Notes under the pieces: model-generated
Databases searched by the model: none
Told to the model about the DNA's origin: nothing
Seen by the model: the letters and a program-made list of their open reading frames with translations, nothing else
Origin: an uncultured Anaerolineales bacterium
GTDB taxonomy: Bacteria > Chloroflexota > Anaerolineae > Anaerolineales > RBG-16-64-43
NCBI GenBank assembly: GCA_964521085.1
Contig: CAZFPL010000002.1
Coordinates: forward strand, 2,044-66,043
DNA length: 64,000 nt
Direction of reading: 5' to 3'
Shown here: one piece after another, positions 60,709-64,000 of the stretch
How positions within the stretch are numbered: the first letter of the stretch is position 1
Layout: the number at the start of each line of letters is the position of its first letter
Position numbers and translations under genes: made by a program

Positions 60709-62069
60709 GTTCTGGCGGTCGGTCCCTCTTCACGGGAGGAGTACACGCCCAACGGAATATAGGTCGTCTCCCGGCGCCAAGCGTCGGGGGCGATCCGCCA
60801 TGCATCGATCAGCACCAACCGGCCGCCGCTCCGCCGGAAGGCAGACGCCGGGATGCGGGAGAATTCGTTCCATGGGACGGCGATTACGAGGGCATCCGCC
60901 TGCCGCACGCACTCTTCCGCGCTTCCGCAATATTGCGGCCGGTCCCCCAGCACCACCCGAGCCGCATCCATGCCCATCGGATCGTAGATCAGCAGATCCA
61001 GCTCCTCCTCGAGCAGTTGTTGGGCCAGCAGCATACCTTGGGATTCTTCAATCACCTCCGTGTCCGGCTTGTAGGAAAGACCGAGGATCCCGACCTTCGA
61101 TCCGGGCCGGGTATGCCGCTTGACCAGTTCCGCCAACCGGAGCACCTCGGCCCGGTTCTGGCGGTCGGTCGTCTCCGCCAATGCCGCCTGTACGTTCAAA
61201 CCGCGCGCCAGCGCGCCCATCGCCAGATTATCCCGCGGGAAGCAGGGTCCGCCGTATCCGATCGCCCCCTTGAGGTATTTCACGCCGATGCGGGTGTCAT
61301 GGCCGATAGCCTCAGTCACAACGTCCACATCCGCTCCCGGAAGCCGCTCGCAGATTCCCGCCAGCATGTTGGCGTAGGTGATCTTGGTGGTGACGAAGGT
61401 GTTAACGGCCAGTTTGGAAAGTTCGGCGTTGACGAAATTCATGTGCGCGACATGCGGGTGGTTCTCGCAGACGGCCTGATAGAATGCATCGAGAATTTCC
61501 CCCGAACGCGGATCTGATTCCCCCGCCAGTATGAAATCCGGGTTTAGAAAATCGTGGATCACGCTCCCGAGGGCGATAAACTCCGGACTGTAGCAAAGGC
61601 CGAAATCCTCCCCGGCAGACTTTCCTGAATTCTTTTCCAGGCACTCCCGTACCAGACCCCCGGTCGATCCCGGCATAACGGTAGCGGTTATCACCACGAC
61701 CGGAAAATCTCTCCTCGTTTTCAACGCCCGTCCGACCTGCTCGCAAACCGGGAGGACATATCGGAGGGAAAAGCCGCCATGGGATTCGCTTGGGGTGGGG
61801 ACAATAATAAAGACAATTTCGGCTTCGCTTGCCGCGGATTCGATGTCAATCGTCGCGTGGAGCCGCTCCCTGCCGCGCCGGATGTACTCCGCCAGATTGG
61901 TTTCATTGACCGGCGCCTCGCCGCGGTTGATTCTTTCCACCTTGACCGAATCCAGATCCGCCCCGATGACGGCGATGCCGCGGGCTGCGACGGCGGCCGC
62001 CATGGGAGAACCCAGTTTCCCCAGGCCGATCACGGCCACCTTTTGCGGTCCTGCTTTACCTTGCGTCAT
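60705..62069 (-). CDS. Nucleotide-sugar 6-dehydrogenase (UDP-glucose/GDP-mannose dehydrogenase family)
   Basis: ORF track gives 60705..62111, trimmed to ATG 62069 (MTQGKAGPQKVAVIGLGKLGSPMAA = Rossmann GxGxxG). The catalytic-Cys block GGPCFPRDN and a C-terminal UDP-binding domain are present. Confidence 0.85.
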   Translation of the reverse strand: MTQGKAGPQKVAVIGLGKLGSPMAAAVAARGIAVIGADLDSVKVERINRGEAPVNETNLAEYIRRGRERLHATIDIESAASEAEIVFIIVPTPSESHGGFSLRYVLPVCEQVGRALKTRRDFPVVVITATVMPGSTGGLVRECLEKNSGKSAGEDFGLCYSPEFIALGSVIHDFLNPDFILAGESDPRSGEILDAFYQAVCENHPHVAHMNFVNAELSKLAVNTFVTTKITYANMLAGICERLPGADVDVVTEAIGHDTRIGVKYLKGAIGYGGPCFPRDNLAMGALARGLNVQAALAETTDRQNRAEVLRLAELVKRHTRPGSKVGILGLSYKPDTEVIEESQGMLLAQQLLEEELDLLIYDPMGMDAARVVLGDRPQYCGSAEECVRQADALVIAVPWNEFSRIPASAFRRSGGRLVLIDAWRIAPDAWRRETTYIPLGVYSSREEGPTART

Positions 62070-62236
62070 GCACGCTCCTGGTGTTAAACGTCCGGAATAA
62101 TCCGCCGGCAAGGCGTTCTATTAATTCCGTTTCCGGTTTCTTTTCCACGTCCACCTTCCCGCGCGGGAGGTAATTGTACCCGTGATTATGATGAGCCGCG
62201 GTCAGCGCGATGCGATAGACAGCCTCCGCCCCGCCA

Positions 62237-64000
62237 TCAGGAAAAACGCCGGCACCACATCTCGAGGACCAACGCCCGGAAGGAAAGCATCGCCGTCAGA
62301 TCGGATTGGGATAGATCGCCCGCCAGCAACCGCTCGGCTTCGGGCTTTAGGATTCCAGCCTGGACCAGGTAACCATCTTTTAGATTGTGGCGATACGCCT
62401 CGAAAAGTCCGGCCGTCCACAGTCGTACCGGAGGGGCGAACCCGCGTTTCGGGCGATTCATCACCCAATCCGGAAGGATTCCTTTCATCGCCTCTTTCAA
62501 CCATGCTTTGGGCGGCAGCTTTCGGTCGGATTGGGTCTTCCGAAGGCCGATGACGGTTTCCACCAGGCGGTGATCGACCAGGGGCAAGCGTAATTCCACC
62601 GAGGAAGCCATGCTCAACCGATCCCCCTGGGTGATCCCATTTTCCAGCAGATACGTGTCACAGATCAAATGGGTGGTGATAATATCCACCGGGGGCCACG
62701 GCCAGGCCCTGGTGAAGGGAGCGTAAGGGCCGGATTCATCCAGCCGCTCGCGGAATGCCGGACCGTACAGCCCTTCATAAAAACCGTATAGCGCGGCGAA
62801 ATCATAGCAAACATCGTAAAACCGCAGCCGGTCCGGCGGGCTATCCCGGAGATCCAGGAACCGTTTCCAGCCGGGGCGCAATCCGCCGATTGACTCCACC
62901 CACTTGCGCAACCCGTTGCGGGTCCACTTCGCGGGCAGAGCGGGTTCGAGATAGCCCGGGAGAGCCGCCCAACCCCGTCTCCGCAGCGCCGATTTCTGAT
63001 CCGTTTCGTGCGCCGCCTGCCGCACCCATGGATAGCCCCAGAAGAGCTCATCCCCCCCTTGGCCTTGCAGCATGACCGGAACGCCGTGCTCGCGGGCCAG
63101 CCGCATCACGGCATAGTAGGCGTATCCGGAAATATCCGCGATCGGGTCGTCGTGCCAGAACACCAGCTCGGGAAAAAAATCCACCACCTGCCCGGTTTCC
63201 ACCTCGACTTCGTGAAACGGCATCCCCAGATGGTCGGCCAGCGCCTTGGCGTCCAGCCGTTCGTCCACGTCGGGGTACCCCGGATAGCCCACGCTGAAGG
63301 CGTGCATGATCCCGGGATATTTTCGCGCGGCCAGGACGGCGATGCTTCCCGAATCCAATCCGCCGCTGAGCGCAACCCCGACGGGAACGTCCGAGCGGAT
63401 CACCAATTCGCTTACCGTTTCCAGCTCCGCCCGAAGCAAATCTCCGGGCTGCCCTGTCAGCGGGGGCGCCTCTTCCATATTCCAATAGCGGCGCTCGGTG
63501 ACCTGCCACGGATCGAGGGTTACGGTCAGAAGATATCCCGGAGAAAGTTTGCGCACCCCGCGGATGGGCGTGGCAGGCTCGGGCACATATTGGTAATTGA
63601 AAAAGAGGTACACGCCGGCCTCATCGAGTTCGAATGGGACCGCACCCGATTTCAGCAGGGCTTTGAGTTCGGAGGCGAAGATCAATCGATTGTTCCCTTC
63701 CCAAAGGTAAAGCGGTTTCTCCCCCATCCGGTCGCGCGCGAGCAGCAGCCGCTGGCGCTTGCCGTCCCACAGGGCGAAGGCGAACATGCCCCGCAGGCCG
63801 TGAACACAGTCATCGCCATATTCCTCGTAGAGATGCAGGATCGTCTCGCCGTCGCTGTGGGTGTGGAAGACATGCCCCTTGGCCTGCAGCTGTTCTCGTA
63901 ATTCGATGAAATTGTAAATTTCCCCGTTGAGGATCAGTGCCAAGGTGCGGTCTTCGTTATAGAGGGGTTGCCAGCCGCCCTCCAGATCGATGATGCTGAG
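62237..64000 (-). CDS. asnB: Asparagine synthase (glutamine-hydrolysing) family amidotransferase, N-terminus beyond window end
   Basis: The frame stays open to position 64000 (RC reads ...LSIIDLEGGWQPLYNEDRTLALILNGEIYNF). The PP-loop ALSGGLDSGS is present. The ORF-track start at 63943 is an internal Met. Confidence 0.85.
   Translation of the reverse strand, partial: LSIIDLEGGWQPLYNEDRTLALILNGEIYNFIELREQLQAKGHVFHTHSDGETILHLYEEYGDDCVHGLRGMFAFALWDGKRQRLLLARDRMGEKPLYLWEGNNRLIFASELKALLKSGAVPFELDEAGVYLFFNYQYVPEPATPIRGVRKLSPGYLLTVTLDPWQVTERRYWNMEEAPPLTGQPGDLLRAELETVSELVIRSDVPVGVALSGGLDSGSIAVLAARKYPGIMHAFSVGYPGYPDVDERLDAKALADHLGMPFHEVEVETGQVVDFFPELVFWHDDPIADISGYAYYAVMRLAREHGVPVMLQGQGGDELFWGYPWVRQAAHETDQKSALRRRGWAALPGYLEPALPAKWTRNGLRKWVESIGGLRPGWKRFLDLRDSPPDRLRFYDVCYDFAALYGFYEGLYGPAFRERLDESGPYAPFTRAWPWPPVDIITTHLICDTYLLENGITQGDRLSMASSVELRLPLVDHRLVETVIGLRKTQSDRKLPPKAWLKEAMKGILPDWVMNRPKRGFAPPVRLWTAGLFEAYRHNLKDGYLVQAGILKPEAERLLAGDLSQSDLTAMLSFRALVLEMWCRRFS

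Overview
High-G+C (about 65% by eye) bacterial chromosomal segment. All family calls come from motif recognition by eye, because no database search was possible. The 16S fragment carries the CCTACGGGTGGCAGCAG variant of the 341 region, which I associate with Chloroflexota-type sequences (recollection, unverified).

Layout:
- 1-583: the 5' part of a minus-strand 16S rRNA gene, with a consensus-like promoter about 280 nt upstream.
- 1.0-4.7 kb: three membrane-anchored TPR proteins, two of them tandem paralogues.
- 4.8-24 kb: housekeeping genes, all on the minus strand. These are RNase J, CspA, a HAD hydrolase, a BMP lipoprotein, a stand-alone GMP-synthase ATP-pyrophosphatase subunit, an SDR, a PQQ sugar dehydrogenase, FtsK, GalE, PcrA/UvrD, an MFS transporter, a PPOX/F420-type protein, an MBL lipoprotein and a GH5 hydrolase. 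The gene junctions carry a family of GC-rich palindromic repeats (TGTCAYYCCGAG...CGGRRTCGG).
- 24.5 kb to the window end: an approximately 39-kb glycan-assembly locus, almost entirely on the minus strand and partly translationally coupled. It encodes two different priming phosphoglycosyl transferases, 7 GT4, 4 GT2, 2 GT61/DUF563 and 1 GT25 enzymes, 3 unclassified GT-like proteins, a methyltransferase, an SDR, a nucleotide-sugar dehydrogenase and an AsnB-type amidotransferase. It also encodes six large polytopic GT-C-like membrane proteins, including a tandem trio of an unrecognised family. No Wzx, Wzy, Wzz or ABC exporter is visible in the window.

The locus is interrupted by a low-G+C HigB/HigA-type toxin-antitoxin cassette. 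Its promoter/operator, antitoxin and terminator are intact, but the toxin carries an in-frame amber codon. The locus also contains a truncated methyltransferase remnant and two lower-G+C glycosyltransferase genes. I saw no CRISPR array, tRNA, transposase or integrase.

Many long ORFs in the six-frame track are antisense or alternate-frame artefacts of the high G+C content.
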